Source of the DNA: Azolla caroliniana
Lineage: Eukaryota; Plantae; Polypodiophyta
Assembly: GCA_043228905.1 (NCBI GenBank)
Contig: JBHGNT010000006.1
Location: forward strand, 6,138,001 to 6,202,000
Direction: 5' to 3'
Length of the DNA stretch: 64,000 bases
This document shows, in pieces, positions 33,894 to 47,927 of the stretch. The notes beneath the pieces were generated by a model. That model worked only from the letters and a program-made list of their open reading frames with translations. It made no database searches and was not told the origin of the DNA. The translations under genes and the position numbers were made by a program. Each line of letters opens with the position of its first letter. The first letter of the stretch is position 1.

Positions 33894-34467
33894 GGCCGAA
33901 GAATCGCAAGAAAGAGAGTAGTAGAGCTGTAGCAGTCTCGCAGACAAGAGAGCGAGGGGGGGGGGGGGGGGGGGGGGGAGGAGGAAGGCGAAGAAGAAGA
34001 AGAAGGAATTGCTGAAGAGAAAGAAGAAGCAGGAGGAAGAGAGAAGAGGGTAAAAACAGCGCGAGCGAGCAGATAAGAAGAGGAAATGTTAAAATAGACG
34101 AGTGTGTGTGTGTGTTGAGTGGGGCTTCTTCTTTTCTTCTTCTTCTTTTTGGGTGGGGGGAGGGGGGGGTATAAGAAGCTTCTCAACGAAGTTTCTTTCT
34201 TTGGGGGGAGTTTCTTCTTGGGATTGAAATTGATAGCTATTAGCCACCACGCCCATCGACCAACCGCCCCCGCCCACCACCATGCCAAATCAGACCAAAC
34301 CCGGGGGAGGGGGGGGCCACCCACCCACTGCCACACCATTTCAAACTAGACCGAGTTGGCCGCCCGCCCGTAGACAGGCCCACCACCACCGAGTGACGAG
34401 GAGACACTCCTCCCCTCGTCGTAACCCTCAACTAAACGAAGAGTTCGTTGGCCGGGCGTGTCGCACA

Positions 34468-34914
34468 TTCATAAGATGCCCCCCCACCTTCGACTGCCCT
34501 CCTTCTATTTTTCGCCTTTCTTTCTCTTGCTTTCTGCACATTTCCCATCCCCAATTGTGACCACAATCCCTCCCATACAATTCTCTCTTGCATTCGTCAC
34601 AGGCACGCTCTCAATTGTAAAGTTCCCAAGCATCGAGTGTCTCACTATGCAACTTTGCTCATCCGACAGGTCGTATTTGACCTCCGATCGTGATCACGAT
34701 CATACGATGCCCCAGTTTTGATTGCTCTCCTTCTATTCTTCGCCTTTCTTTCTTTGCTTTCCGCACATTTGACATCCTTGGTCTTGATTCCGATCCCTCC
34801 CACGTAGTTCTGTCTTGCATCCGTAATGGCCACGGTCTCGATTGGCAAACTCCTGAGCATCGAGTATCTTGCCACACAACTTTGCTCGTTGCACAAGTCA
34901 TATTTGACCTCCGA
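34468..34914. repeat. Diverged tandem duplication, period ~227 bp
   Basis: Shared anchors ccttctatt.ttcgcctttcttt, agcatcgagt and tatttgacctccga (ending at 34687 and 34914). Confidence 0.85.
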
Positions 34915-35239
34915 GGACAACAATAATCAAATCTATCTGTCTATATTCCATATAAAAAAAGGTGCAAATATATTGATTGTAAATTTGCATGTGAAAAATG
35001 CTTCAACGATACCTCTCTCTATCTCTCTCTTATTAATTAATCATGGGATAGAAATGTCCTACAATTGTCAATGACCTAAACAAGAAGGTACCAAAAAGGA
35101 TCTCTATGCTCTCATGTACACCTATGAGACGACTTGGCGAAGGGGCCAACACATTATTTGAATATGGTGCCTAACACACACACACACACTCTCTCTCTCT
35201 CTCTCTCTCTCTCCCTCTCTCTAACACACATTATATATT

Positions 35240-36900
35240 TATATTTATATTTGAACCTTCCTCATGTGACAACAACCGCCACATTTCTAACATCAAGAAC
35301 TGACAAAGAAAACTACCCTTCAATCGCCTAAAATGCTTTGCACTTTTGAAAGTGTGTCAAATGTAAGACCATATTGCATCCTCCAAAAATGTCATAAGCC
35401 CATCTCTCAAGAAATGGAAGGCTATAAAAAAGAATTACATAACCAACATCAATTCGAGCTTTGGAAAGCAATCTTTAGGTATTAATGTTTAGATAGATCT
35501 AGACATCAAACAAAGTGTAAGACCATATTGCATCCTCCAAAAATGTCATAAGCCCATCTCTCAAGAAATGGAAGGCTATAAAAAAGAATTACATAACCAA
35601 CATCAATTCGAGCTTTGGAAAGCAATCTTTAGGTATTAATGTTTAGATAGATCTAGACATCAAACAAAGTCATAAAACATGTGTATTGTGTTATAGTGAC
35701 ATAACACCATTCAAAATAACACACAATCCATAAGCAACATTCCTCTACCTAAGAGTCGTCTCCAAGGGAGTTTCTCCCAACCATAACCATCCAAATGAAC
35801 ACTTTAGCTATAAGCAAAAGAAAACAATGCCAAACCATTTCCATTTCTAAAACATGTTGCCACGACACAATGGACATTGAAATTCCCCATCCTCTTGCAA
35901 GCCTCTCCACCATCCACTTATTTACATAGATTAATTTGTGATAGACTTGACTTGTTTTGACTTTGGGAAGGTTATAATGTCTTGCAAATGACCAATCACT
36001 TTTACGTGAAGAATTAACTAAAGGGGTGATTGAACTTTGCAATGTAGATAATCCTTGAATATTTAACTAAGCAAGTCTATATAACTTTAAATAATACCAT
36101 ATCTAGTTATAGTTGTTCGAAACAACGTTCTTCTTTGGCTAGCCACCATAACATTGTGTGTTAAAATCAATACAACCCTTGCCATCCCATGAAATTGAAT
36201 TTTGAATGAGAACTTGCCTTCCCAACATAATGTTCGCTGAGATCGATCCTTGCGCAAAATTTGCAATCTATCTCTAATGCAATATGCCTCTGAATGTAAC
36301 CCAACACCCTCTATTATCATCAACCAAAATTGTGCCATCTTTAGACTATTATTATTCACAATGTCATCTTTGTTTCTCCTCATTTGATCACAATCTTCAA
36401 ATAAAATAAGCTACCATGTCTGTCCATTGTTCGTTTCCCTCAAACATACATCGAAGCAATGAGACTCTCTGTGCCCCCACATGTTCATGTAAGTTTAAAA
36501 TTCCTATCCCGCCAAATCTTTTTGGAGTACACAATGTTTCCATGCCACCCAACCAAGGCCCAAAATCTCCTCCCTTCTCCAACAAAGAAAAATAATTGAA
36601 GTTGCCAAACTATTGAGATAGCCTTCATAGACCATGGTAAGTTGCAAATAATATGTTATTGATTTCACAACTTTAACTCCGACATGAAGTGGCCATGCTT
36701 GTGACTTCCAATACATGAATTTGTACTCAATCCTTCAAGATATCCAGTAAATGAGGCTCACATTTGAAACATTCATACCAATTAGAAATCCTAAATGCCG
36801 ACAAATTGAGTACCATGAGAAACTAGCACTCCTCCCAACCAAGCTCATGCAAATTCTTCACCATATATTATATGGGAGCTGATATGTGCATATTACTCTT
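35240..36900 (-). mobile_element. Decayed L1-clade LINE remnant (3' half of ORF2)
   Basis: Minus-strand fragments VAWKHC/TLCTPKRFGGIGILNL and WHCFLLLIAKVFIWMVMVG are typical post-RT and zf-RVT segments. Many stops; limits are approximate. Confidence 0.7.
35362..35669. repeat. Exact 154-bp tandem duplication
   Basis: 35362-35515 and 35516-35669 read identical (tgtaagaccatattgcatcc...catcaaacaaag). Confidence 0.95.
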
Positions 36901-37315
36901 CGAATTAGGAGCCCTAACAAACATTCCCAAACTTTCATAGCTTTCAACGTATTTTCTCATGTAGTGCCCAAAAATATGAAATGAACACTCGACAAAGCCG
37001 ATGAATGCACAAATCAATATAAAAAGATTGTAGCTTGTAAACAATGATGCATTTGAGTTTCAGGAGACGTACAAATCATATCATATATAAGTGGTATGCT
37101 ATATGCATATATTACATCACAGTATACTGATTACATACATACAGCAAACTAACATGTTTCAGATGAATCTATCTGGTAAAAATTATGTTTTGTGGAAGCA
37201 TAAGCACAGTTTTCCGAAAAACATGGCTAAAGCGATAAAGCAAAACTATATAACTTGCACATGTAGTATATTCCTAGAAAGGATATATTACATCAAGATG
37301 GCATAAAGTTCTTTG

Positions 37316-37545
37316 GATGGTCTTTACCAGGAGGATGTTTTGTAAAAGACGTATGTACACATTACCAAATGATAATAATAATACATCCAGATCACATGAT
37401 ACTTGTGTAACAAACCCAAAAGTATTGTCATTCAGATGGTCTTTACCAGCAGGATGTTTTATAAAAGACGTATGTACATATTACCAAATGATAGTAATAC
37501 ATCCAGATCACATGGTACACTTGTAACAAACCCAAGAGTATTGTA
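37316..37545. repeat. Tandem duplication ~119 bp x2
   Basis: gatggtctttaccag.aggatgtttt.taaaagacgtatgtaca... starts at 37316 and 37435. Confidence 0.9.
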
Positions 37546-37840
37546 TCAAATGGTCTGCATCATAAAAAAACGTTTTTAATGAAATAGTTCCCCTAAAACC
37601 TCAAAAGTCGCCATTTGATAATGAGAATTTCACCCCAATTTCTTACTGGTTCATATTCTATCCATGGTAACACACACCTACACATGGATCGACTCATGGG
37701 AGTATGCCGTCTTCATGGATCGATTCATGGGGATATGTACTCATGGTTTGATTCATGGGATATAAATTCTCCGACACGCTACAATGAGATTGCATAACAT
37801 TTACGTGTACCTGGTATTGATTTGATTGATAACTTTTTCT

Positions 37841-38365
37841 TCATGCAGAAGATCGAGATCCAGTAGCCTTTTCACACTCGGGAATATCATCAAAGTTTGA
37901 AGCAGGATAGTTGACTGAGATAGGACCAATCTCGAATGCCACCTGACCATTGGATGCCGACGATCGGATAGCCGAGATCGTCCACCATTTATACATAGCT
38001 CTCACAGAGACTCCATTTAGATCATGCATATAACCTTTTTTTATGGTTCCCGAGATGGATGTGGCATAAGACACAGGGTATGGTCTGTCCCCAGGTATGG
38101 TGAAGTGGCAAGGTGCTAGCAGCTTCACCTCGAAGCTTCCACTGCTTTCATCGAGATCGTATGAAAGCACGGTTGCAGGGATAAGTCCCACAGGGAACCC
38201 GTGGCCATGAAGCTCGGCCTGCACAGCGCTGGAAGTATTCTTGATGATGTTGCTGTTGACGATGGGGCTTTTGCGGCTTAATCTTGCCAAAGAAGGGAGC
38301 ATGCGTGAAGATTGGAGGATGCAGAGAAGCAGAAGAGCAACGAACCTGCAAGGGGAGGCGGCCAT
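37841..38365 (-). CDS. DUF538 family protein with signal peptide (174 aa, intronless)
   Basis: Signal-like MAASPCRFVALLLLCIL, then the DUF538 pattern L..HGFPVGLIP..V.SY.LD..SG.FEV.L..PC.F..Y...I.G....G....LNGVSVR...W..I..I.......F.IG.....P...F...PEC. Confidence 0.92.
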   Translation of the reverse strand: MAASPCRFVALLLLCILQSSRMLPSLARLSRKSPIVNSNIIKNTSSAVQAELHGHGFPVGLIPATVLSYDLDESSGSFEVKLLAPCHFTIPGDRPYPVSYATSISGTIKKGYMHDLNGVSVRAMYKWWTISAIRSSASNGQVAFEIGPISVNYPASNFDDIPECEKATGSRSSA

Positions 38366-41300
38366 GGCTAATTTACTGAATCTCTTTCTCCTCCTCTTCT
38401 TCGCTGATAATGATCGGACAAAGATTTCTCTGCTTCTTCTTCTTCTTCTTTTCTTCTTCTCTGTGAAGGATATGGCTAGGGTTTTGTTTTGTTCGTTCTT
38501 TCTTCTCTTCTTCTTTTTCTCGTATTACCCCTGTTTCTTCTTCTTCTTCTTCTTCTTCTTCTTCTTCTTCTCTTCAAAATAACAAGCGGAGAAGCAGGAG
38601 ACAACAAACGCCTCTTTACATGTTATATAATTTGGTTTGGGTTTCCCTTAATAAAAGGCCCACATAACAATGTGTTGGAATATGCGAAGAATCATTCGTT
38701 TACATATGTATTCGTTCACTCTCCTTTTCTGAACCCTTTCGCGACACCCTCTTGGTCGGAATCTCTAGCTCATCTACCATCACACAAACTTGTTGGTTGC
38801 ACGAGATGTTTGGTTAACCTGCTTGTTTCGGCTTCTCAAGGTCAGACAATAACACGCATTGTTTGAGTGATGAACCCAGGATTATGTCGGATAATGTAGA
38901 CTTGAACCCAAGCTAATCAATAACAAGCCATTTGTAACATGTGGTTTGGTAGTTGGATGCCACAGTCACATGTTAACATGACAAACAAATAGACATTCAG
39001 CCTCATGTTCACACATTGTTGTAGTGCGTAGTCGCTAGTCCATCGACATATCTTTAGGCCCCATCTGAGGATTAAGTATACCAAACATTAGTTTTTACAA
39101 CCAAAACAAACGAGATATGCCATAATTTAAATAAGATCAGCCAGATTAGTCTTGCTTCACAAAGCTTTCAACACATGTCAACTCGATGATTGGAATTTTA
39201 TTTGTGTATTTATGCATTATTATCACTAGGACTATAGTATTGATTCACTTCACACAAATCACAAATAGGTTTAAAGGTTAAGTGATTCACTTGATTTATG
39301 GCACATCCACAATCTGGGATTTTACTTCACCAGTTAACTTCAAATATTAAGAGATTGTGAATATGGGTACAATGCACCTCTTCAATCTTGGCCAACATAA
39401 GAGCTTTTGAAGAGGGTACTCCTTCCATGGGAGAAAAGAAACCTCGTCATCGAGTAGTTTAGTGGACACATGTGGCAATCACAGAAACTCAAACCATATG
39501 TTGAACACGAAACCAAGTTATATATGTTTTAACTAAAAAAATGCATCTTTCATAAATTGACCATAACTACTTATCCCCGAACTCGTATTTCAAAAAGTTC
39601 ATGCTCTACAACTTTGTAATTCAAGCTAGAAAGCCAACCCATCCTTCCATATTAAAATAAAACAAGGTGAACATTATACTAACGTATTGTCCTTTGTAAG
39701 ATAATATTATATTTTTCCATCAAATATGGTCTTTGGTGTGATTTGCGTCTTTTTTTCTACTTTGAGTTATTGCAACATGGATCGAAGACTTATGTTTCAT
39801 TGTCAAATGAGTTGGCATTGTTGAACGACAAGGACAACATTGTTTCGTGGTAGGATGTGGAACAATTAATGTAATCAAGCAGAAATATTAGATAATATTC
39901 AAAGATAACATCATCCAGTGATAAGTATCATTTTTTTGGCACTACCAAGGCGAATGTAATCTCTAGGGGAGATTATGCGATATTCAAAGAAAGAAGCCAA
40001 TTGTTAAGGTGTAAGACAATTGTTAAGTCCCCAAGAAAACAAGGCCACCTTCTTACAAATTCAATCATGACTTTGTTGTATAAAAAGCTTTGTACAACAA
40101 TTGTCATGCAATGAACGTGTGAGAATGGTGTAAGAGGTGAAATTTTGTGCTTTGTCCTCGTGTGATGGAGTCAACAAACTATGTATTGTTTGAGTTGTAA
40201 TCATTTTCTCCGTGATTCCCTAGTGAACACTTACTTCGGCAAGGGAGGGTCTACAAAGAATAAGACATTTACATGATAAGAGACATAACATGAGATAAGA
40301 GACGTAACAATATAATGCATACCCATTTTTACAACATTGTTGTAAAGCTTATGCTTTGTAATAGAACTAAGTTTCATGAAATCATACCCATCTTAAAATT
40401 TTTCATGGCATTGGTTTGAGATCATAAAGAATAATAGTCTCTTCCTAAAGGCAAATGATTTTAGTTACATAAAATGAAACTGGTATATAGGTTTGAACGA
40501 GCCAAGGTTTCAAGGAGTTAGAGGAAAAATCAAAGAACAAAAGAGAAGTAACAACATAATCACGTATTGTATTGTCATGTATTCAACCTTCACTAAAACA
40601 CTCACGAGGGAGAAACTTCCCAATGGTTCATAAAGGGGAGTACATTGCCTCCAAAAGCTTGGTAGTGAAACCAAGGCAAACATAAATCCGTGTCCACTAA
40701 GGAGAACAGGTGAACCACACGAACAACAAAGTAGGTGATTTGACTTGTACAACAAATTCCCTCATAATAATATTGAAAGCAAGCCCACCCACCATAATAA
40801 AACCGAAGACCCACCTAGAGGAAAACCTTTGCAACCCACGTGAAGAACGGAAGTCGGTATGTGATTTGCAGAGGATAATTTCTGACGAGGACGACCTTGA
40901 AAGCGGTAGAAAAGCTTATGTGAAACCAAGCCAAGCATTGGGGGGGGGGGGCACAGGGCTACCCAAAGGGCAACTGGGGAGGTGGCATGCGAGCGACAAA
41001 GTTAGGAGATGGCATCCGGAAGGAATGCAGTGGGATGCACATGATGACAACTGGATTGTGAGTGTTGGGACGAACATATATGTTCCGATAGGATCCGATC
41101 CGGTCAGGTTGGGTCCGTGATCACGAACATACCTTCAAGCAGAGGGCGGCCCACCAGAAACTAGCTCCACACTTATTAACTTACATATACCATGAAACCA
41201 AGAGGAGGTTAGTAGCCTAGTAGTAGTAACTTGTAAGTAGAGAGTGAGTTGAGTGGTCGGCTCAGTCGGCTCCATCGGCTCCCTACAATTTGTTTGTTGT

Positions 41301-41475
41301 TTTTCCTTTCTGTGTAAAGAATACATACACACCTCAACTCAAGCTTCTCTCTCTCTCTCTTCCTTCCTTCTCCATTCGCATTCGCCGCGGCTTGGGGGAA
41401 GGGGGAAGCTTTCTTCTTGCACACACAGAAAGAGCGAAGTCGATCCCTCTCTGTCTCTGCTTTCTTTGTGTAGAC

Positions 41476-44400
41476 ATGGGTGACATTCTGATGCTCAAAG
41501 GAACACCATCGCCATGGAGCTCTGGCGTACTAGAGAACCCCGACATAGACGCCCTTCCTTACATCGACCATGATTATGCTGATCCCATGGTGAAAGCTGA
41601 GGTAGACAAACTCATCGAAGAAGAGATGCGCCGCAGTTCCAAGCGCCCCGCCGATTTCCTCGCTCAACTGCCCCCTGTCCCCAAGTTCGATTTCGCCGTA
41701 TGCCTCCTGTTGCTTTTAGATTTTTTGCGCATTTCTTTTAACTTTGAACGCGAGTCCACTTTTGCCTTTCGTTCTTTGCCTGTTAGCTATTCTCGTAGCT
41801 TCCATTTGGGAAAGTTGTTTAAGCATTTCATTTGTATGAAATATGTTTTGGTTTTTCCTTAGCGCCGAGCTTCTCACTTGTATGTATATGGTTCTTTTCC
41901 CTTGCACTCTGCTTTTATGATCGCTCTCCTTCGCAAAACAATTTCAGTTTCTCGTTGTATGTGGTTTTTTGTGTGATAAAATTTTCTCTTATGCGTAGTT
42001 TTCTTTGAGAGTCTAATTCTTGTGCTCCCCATTTCTGATTTGTTTTCTCATAAATGTTAATGCTTTATGTCTAGCTTTCTTTCACAAAAGTAACATTTGA
42101 AATTTTCGCTTTTATGTAGTTTTCGCGTTTGTCAGTTTGCTAAATATGAATCCAGAGATGTTTTTCTCATGTTGTAGACACTGTTTCTGCTCTCATTTGT
42201 GTAGTAATTGGATAGTATTTCAAAAGAGAGACTATAAAGATCCAGTTCAAATTTAAAAATATAAGGTTTCAGGACCAAAGATATGATCTCAATAAGTCGT
42301 GCATTTTTCGGTTCCAAAATTGCTCAAAATTTCTTCAGTGTTCTGTATCCTTTATTTCATGATTTCTTTTTGGTTTCCACATAATAGTTAACAATCCATG
42401 GAATTTTAAATGCTGTATGAAATTTATGAGAAGCCAGAATAGATGATTGCAGATCTATCTTTGGCTAATTCTGAGACGTCTTTGTTACTGTATCAGAACT
42501 GCCCTATGCTCGGTAAGGAATATGAACGTGTACGTGCTGGAAAGCCAGGTACGGTGCTTGACATGTCACGATATGGATTAGAGCCACCTCCATTGAACAG
42601 GCGGAATGACATCAATGCATGGAAGCACGCCCTTCATAATGCAGAAAGCCAGCTTCAACATCAGATATTAAGGTGTGGCTTCCCTTGTAAAAATACACTG
42701 TCGTAGTAGGAACAATATGGCAATGCGATTTCTTTCATCTGCAATTCTTACTGAGTCTGGCACTTTTTAATTATGGTGTGGTACTTGTAACAATATTTAA
42801 AAGTTTTGTTGCTTTAATGACTCTTCAAAACCTGGAAAGTTGACAGACCTCATCCTATAAGCATACAGTCTTCAAACTATTGTGTGTTCATATTCATATT
42901 CTGTACTTCTGTCAATATTTCAAAAGAGGTTTTTTTTCTTAACCTTGCTACTGCAGGGGGAATAAGAAGTCTTCCAAATTTAGTCACTTCTTTGCATTAG
43001 TTGTAGCTGGTTTGTCTTGAAACTTTTTTCTTATTGAATTTATTGTCCTACTAATATTAAATATTTCAATCCACATAACTTTCAGATTCTGAGTTTTAAC
43101 TTTGTTCCTGTTATCCATAGAGATTATCCAGATCCACGAAATCACCTCAAATGGGTTTGCGAACATTGTTTTTCATCAATACCATCATATTTGTAGTCTG
43201 CTCATGCTCAACATCACCTTGCATATAACAAAATTCCTAAGTATTATATGTACACGCTGACAATATAAATATTTAGATATAATTGTGTAGAAAATTGATT
43301 CTTATTTAAAAGGTCACTAGATTTTCACCATCCACAAACCATTATAACAGGTTATTGCCATGCATAAAGAACCAGCCTTCATGTGTAGTGCATCATTCAT
43401 CTCGCGTGGTGGTTGATTTCCCATGATCCCAGATAGTTGATAATTTAGACTTCTCTTTATATTTATAACGTCAAACTTTCCAAAAGAAATAACCATCAGT
43501 GAAAATCTGAAATTTCTTATGAAAAACTCAGTCCCTTAATATGGCGTATACATATCACACATAGTGCCTTATACTCGTAATCTTTGAAACAAAATCCGAC
43601 CTGAAATGAAACCATGAAACAATTCTTGTGACATGGTTTGGCTATTCTTTGAAGTTATCAGCATGATTTTCTGAAAATCGTTTGAAGGGTAGTCATATCT
43701 TTTAACATCTTCTGATGATAATTTGAAGATGCAGTGAATGATTCCCCTTATCTTTAACATTGTCTGACGATAATTTGAAGAGGCAGTGTATGATTCCTCA
43801 TTTATTGGAGGTCAGTGAGTGAATAGGAACAGGAACCTAAGCCATCATGCATAGGTGCAACCAGTTCAAAACTGATTGGTCTAGCGACAAGCTGGTTGTA
43901 TTATGATATCTACAGAGCCATTGAAGAACTGAACCCAGGTAACAAAAGATGGGTATGATCCACACCTAATAAGATCACCAGAACCTCTCCTTAAAGATAT
44001 AAAAACAACATATGCGTATGTTTGTCTTACAATTCACTTGTTGAAATTAGCAAAAATCGCAATATAACTCACTTGACAATTTGCAATCCTGAGCTTTTTC
44101 CTTTCCCACATTACATGTATATTGCATGTTTGCGCCTTTTTACTTCCATATGTGTGTTTCCACCCATTTGCTTCCCACACTTTTATATATCTCTGTCCTC
44201 CATTCCTGTACCAGGTAATTTCAGCCTGTGCAACTATTCAAACAAGAGAATCACATATAATCGAGGCTGAGACATTAATTATTTGTAGTGAACTTATTGT
44301 AATTCTGCTTAAAAAACAACATTTCCATGTTACTATTGAATAGTACCATGGTAAATGTAGACCAGAGTGAAATGCTTCAGCATTTTTTGAAGCTCAAGTA

Positions 44401-47400
44401 GTTATTTTGAGGAAAGTTTATATCATTCAGTGGTCTATTGCTCATGCTTTGGTTTTTAATGCCGTATTTATGTTTTATTCATATCTCTTCTTTGAATTAT
44501 ATTCTTTACACATGCATATGGATTAGAAGAATCAATTTCAAATGATGTAAAATTTAAATGTGTCTAGATGTAGCTGTTCCCTTGGAAACTTTATTGTATC
44601 TGCTGCTTTTAGAGTTCTGACTGGTAAAGCTTGATCAATTGCTGAATTGTTCTTGACACACAATTTAGATATTTGCAGATTCATAAGGAGTTCTGACCCT
44701 GTGAAAATTTGATATGAAAAACAAAAAGTATTTGTAGGCATATTTGATTTTGTTCAAATTCTTAATTCAGCTGTTGATTTTGTGTTTGCTGCTTTTAGAA
44801 TGGAAAATTTGGACCTAATGCTGAAATATGGCAGCCAGGCATGGAAAGTTCATAATCAACATCTAGAAGCCTTTTTAGCAAGGTCACTCTTCTCAATTCA
44901 TTATTCATTGTTACTGAACTTCTGCTATTTATAAAGTTTTATAAAGTGTTCTACAGTAGTATTTGTCCTTTTCCTTGCCATACATTCTAGTTCAAAACCT
45001 TACACACTCCAGATAATTTTGATTCCATAATCTGAACTGGCAACTGGTATTCATTAGAATAGAAGATTGTTACTGTTATCATATGTTCTCTAGAGCAGGT
45101 AAAATCAATAATTGCCGTGGCTATGCTCAAAGTTCTCCATGGCAAAGGGCGACACAAATTCTGCTAGTAATCTCCTATATAATTTTCCGACAACTTCACA
45201 AGCTGAGATAGGAATTCATCTTGATTCTTTGCATTATTTTCATTGTATCTAGGATTTCACTTGCATTATTTGGTAGCTTGTCCAGAAAAACTTATTGGTT
45301 TTCTGCTGATTAGAGTTGAAACTTTTAAGAAACAAGGTCCATACTTCAATGTCTAGAACTACTTGGTACATGTTGCCTGAAAAGAAAGTCTCCAACTCAT
45401 GCCTGAGAATGTTCCCATTGGTGGCTTTAATGGCTAATGTAGCTTGCTCAATGAGAATTGGATTTTCATAGCCCTCATTAAGATTGGAATACTGTCTGCT
45501 GTTCCCACTGAAAGATATTAAATCAAATCAAGGTAAAAAAACAGTGGCATTGTTCCGTAAGCCGTTATGCGGAACGAAAATGTCAGGACAATACATTCTT
45601 CATTGTTAACCCATTTAGAAAGCAACAAGTAAAAATATTAGATGATGAATTCTTCAGGGTAGATTGCAAGGTCAAAACTACATAAACTATCTGCTCATCC
45701 TGTAGTGTGTGCAAATGTAATTTATGATTGGCATTGTTGTAATGAATTAACGAAACCAGTGTTTTAATCATTTCATTAACTGACAACAATTGCTATCGTG
45801 TGCCTTTGTGTGTTGTTTCTTTCACGATCACAGAGTACTTTTTAATTTAAAAAGGTGCCACATGGCAGCTAAGAAAATATCAGCGTTTCATAAATGTTAT
45901 TTATTTTTAGAAATAAAGGCTAGACGTGGAACTGCTGAAGACGTGTAATTGTTAGATGTGAAAAAGTGATTTTGGTATCAAATTTATGCAAAAACGCTTT
46001 TACGAGGAAATGCTCAAAGAAAAGCTCCATTGAAGGATGATTTCTGAAGACCTGGAAATATGTTTTTCCATAAATCCAAACCACTTCAACTTATCTCCGT
46101 CCTCAAATCCCTTCATTTCCGAAACTATTTCTAGACATTGTCAATTGTTTCTTTGTTTCCATTATTGATTACCTAAAGCTAGGAAGAATAATAGTTTACT
46201 AGCTTCTAAAAAAGAAAACATTAAAATACTACTTCTCTCGATAATCAAAATTATCAGAAGTTTTAGTCACATCAAAATACGACTTCGTTGCTATTTTTCC
46301 ATATAATACAGCAATGTGTGTAGAAAGGCTTAAGAAGCCTTAATTCCTCTTGCCTCATTTAAAATTCTCAATAGTAATGAAGAGTTCCTTTTGTCATCAA
46401 CATGTTGCTTTTGCCATTCCTGTGTCCATGGTCTCTGTATCTTGGGTCCATACTGCAGCAGGGTTACTGGAGGGATCTAGTTCCATCTTATACACATAAG
46501 ATTCCATTGTAGATATATTAAATGATATTATCCTCGAAAATATCCTTCGCTGCTTGTTGTGCACTTTTATGTGCTAGAGGTGTGCACTAACCCGTTTCTT
46601 TCAAATTAGTCACATAGGCAGATATTTAAGGCCAACATTGTTTATTGAAGCTATAGTGGATCAATAGGGCTGTTTTCTGTCTTTTATAGCACCTAATCTT
46701 TGTTAAGAATCAGGCATGGACCACCACCAAATATGGCATGCAATTCAGCACTTTCGCCTCTGCAATCAATACTATTTGGCTAAGGCAGATCATCTTTTAT
46801 ATTTGATTGTCATCACAGGTTTTGGCACACAGCAGCCCTTTCTTCTATGGAATCTGCACTCAAATCTATTATCCTTTCTTGTATTAAACTAACATTGGGG
46901 TAGAGTAAAGTTCACTTGCTATTTTGGAATTGAGACCTCTGAAGTTTAAACTCTTCGTTTGGAGTTTTCTTATGGACTTAAAATACAAGGTTGCCAGCCA
47001 TAGGACCTGTTTTAAGTCCTCTACGGGCTAACTTTACTTAATATCACTTTGGGAAGACCCATTAGGGTGATGCATTATTGTTCACTTTTCTGAGCTCCTT
47101 TATGAGGTTCTTCATCTGATTCTGGACTAGGTACTTAACACTAAGAATTAGATGGAAAGACCTGAATAATGTAGTCTGTACAGACTGTCTGTTTAGTGGC
47201 ATTATCTTCTAGTGATCCTCAACACAATCTCTTCATGATTGTTATTGGTTAGCAGAATTCTGACGATACGTTTTCTCATTCTAGTAGTACAATGTAATAT
47301 AATTACTAGTTTTCACCCAATACAAAAGTGTGGTGTGTGCAAGCTTCCAAATCATTTCAGAAGTCTAGTATTCCCCTCTAAATTTCATGTTCGGTATGTT

Positions 47401-47927
47401 TTTTATTCTTGAGTGAAGATACCTTAGCATTTAGTCCAGGCCAGGAGTCAAGTTGGCCAATCATAATAATCAATGCATTGGGGCTTGAATGTACATTTTT
47501 AGACTACAGAGAATGGTTGGTGACTACAACAAACAAATTGAGGAGCTGAATAGAGAGCGAAAGCTAAACCAGGTTTATCTCTAATATGAGTTTCTTTTGA
47601 TTATATCTTTTTGGGTCATGTTTCTTTTCCACACATAATAAGCTATATATGTATATATATCTTTTTTAGCAAGCTGCTGGCTTGGAGCTTAATCACCTTA
47701 GTTCTCAATGGAAGGAGCTCTGCCAAAAGAATATTGATATTGAGAATGCATGTGCAAATCTTGAAGTGGAGATTACAAATCTGAAGAATGAAGCTGAAGA
47801 GAAGTATGTTTAAAAAATCTGCTTACATGCATTGTTAAAGGGGCATTGAACCTCTGAAAGTTCACTGATGAAAATTGTGTGGTGGTACAGAGGTGTAACA
47901 TGGACCCCTGCGAAATCTGGCTGGTAA
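41476..47927 (+). CDS. SPF27: Pre-mRNA-splicing factor SPF27/BCAS2 homolog (Arabidopsis MOS4), ~240 aa
   Basis: join(41476..41697,42497..42672,44799..44882,47503..47572,47670..47803,47891..47927). All introns are GT-AG with consistent phases (723 nt). Motifs [52 protein letters not shown]. Confidence 0.93.

Noticed and set aside
37655-37765. Three catggatcga.tcatggg repeats, and other short repeats, as a CRISPR-like array
   Set aside because: Too few units, with degenerate repeats, short irregular spacers, no cas genes and a eukaryotic context.
40710-41120. 136-aa ORF upstream of SPF27
   Set aside because: Non-ATG start, no recognisable motif, and it lies in a GC-richer promoter-like region.
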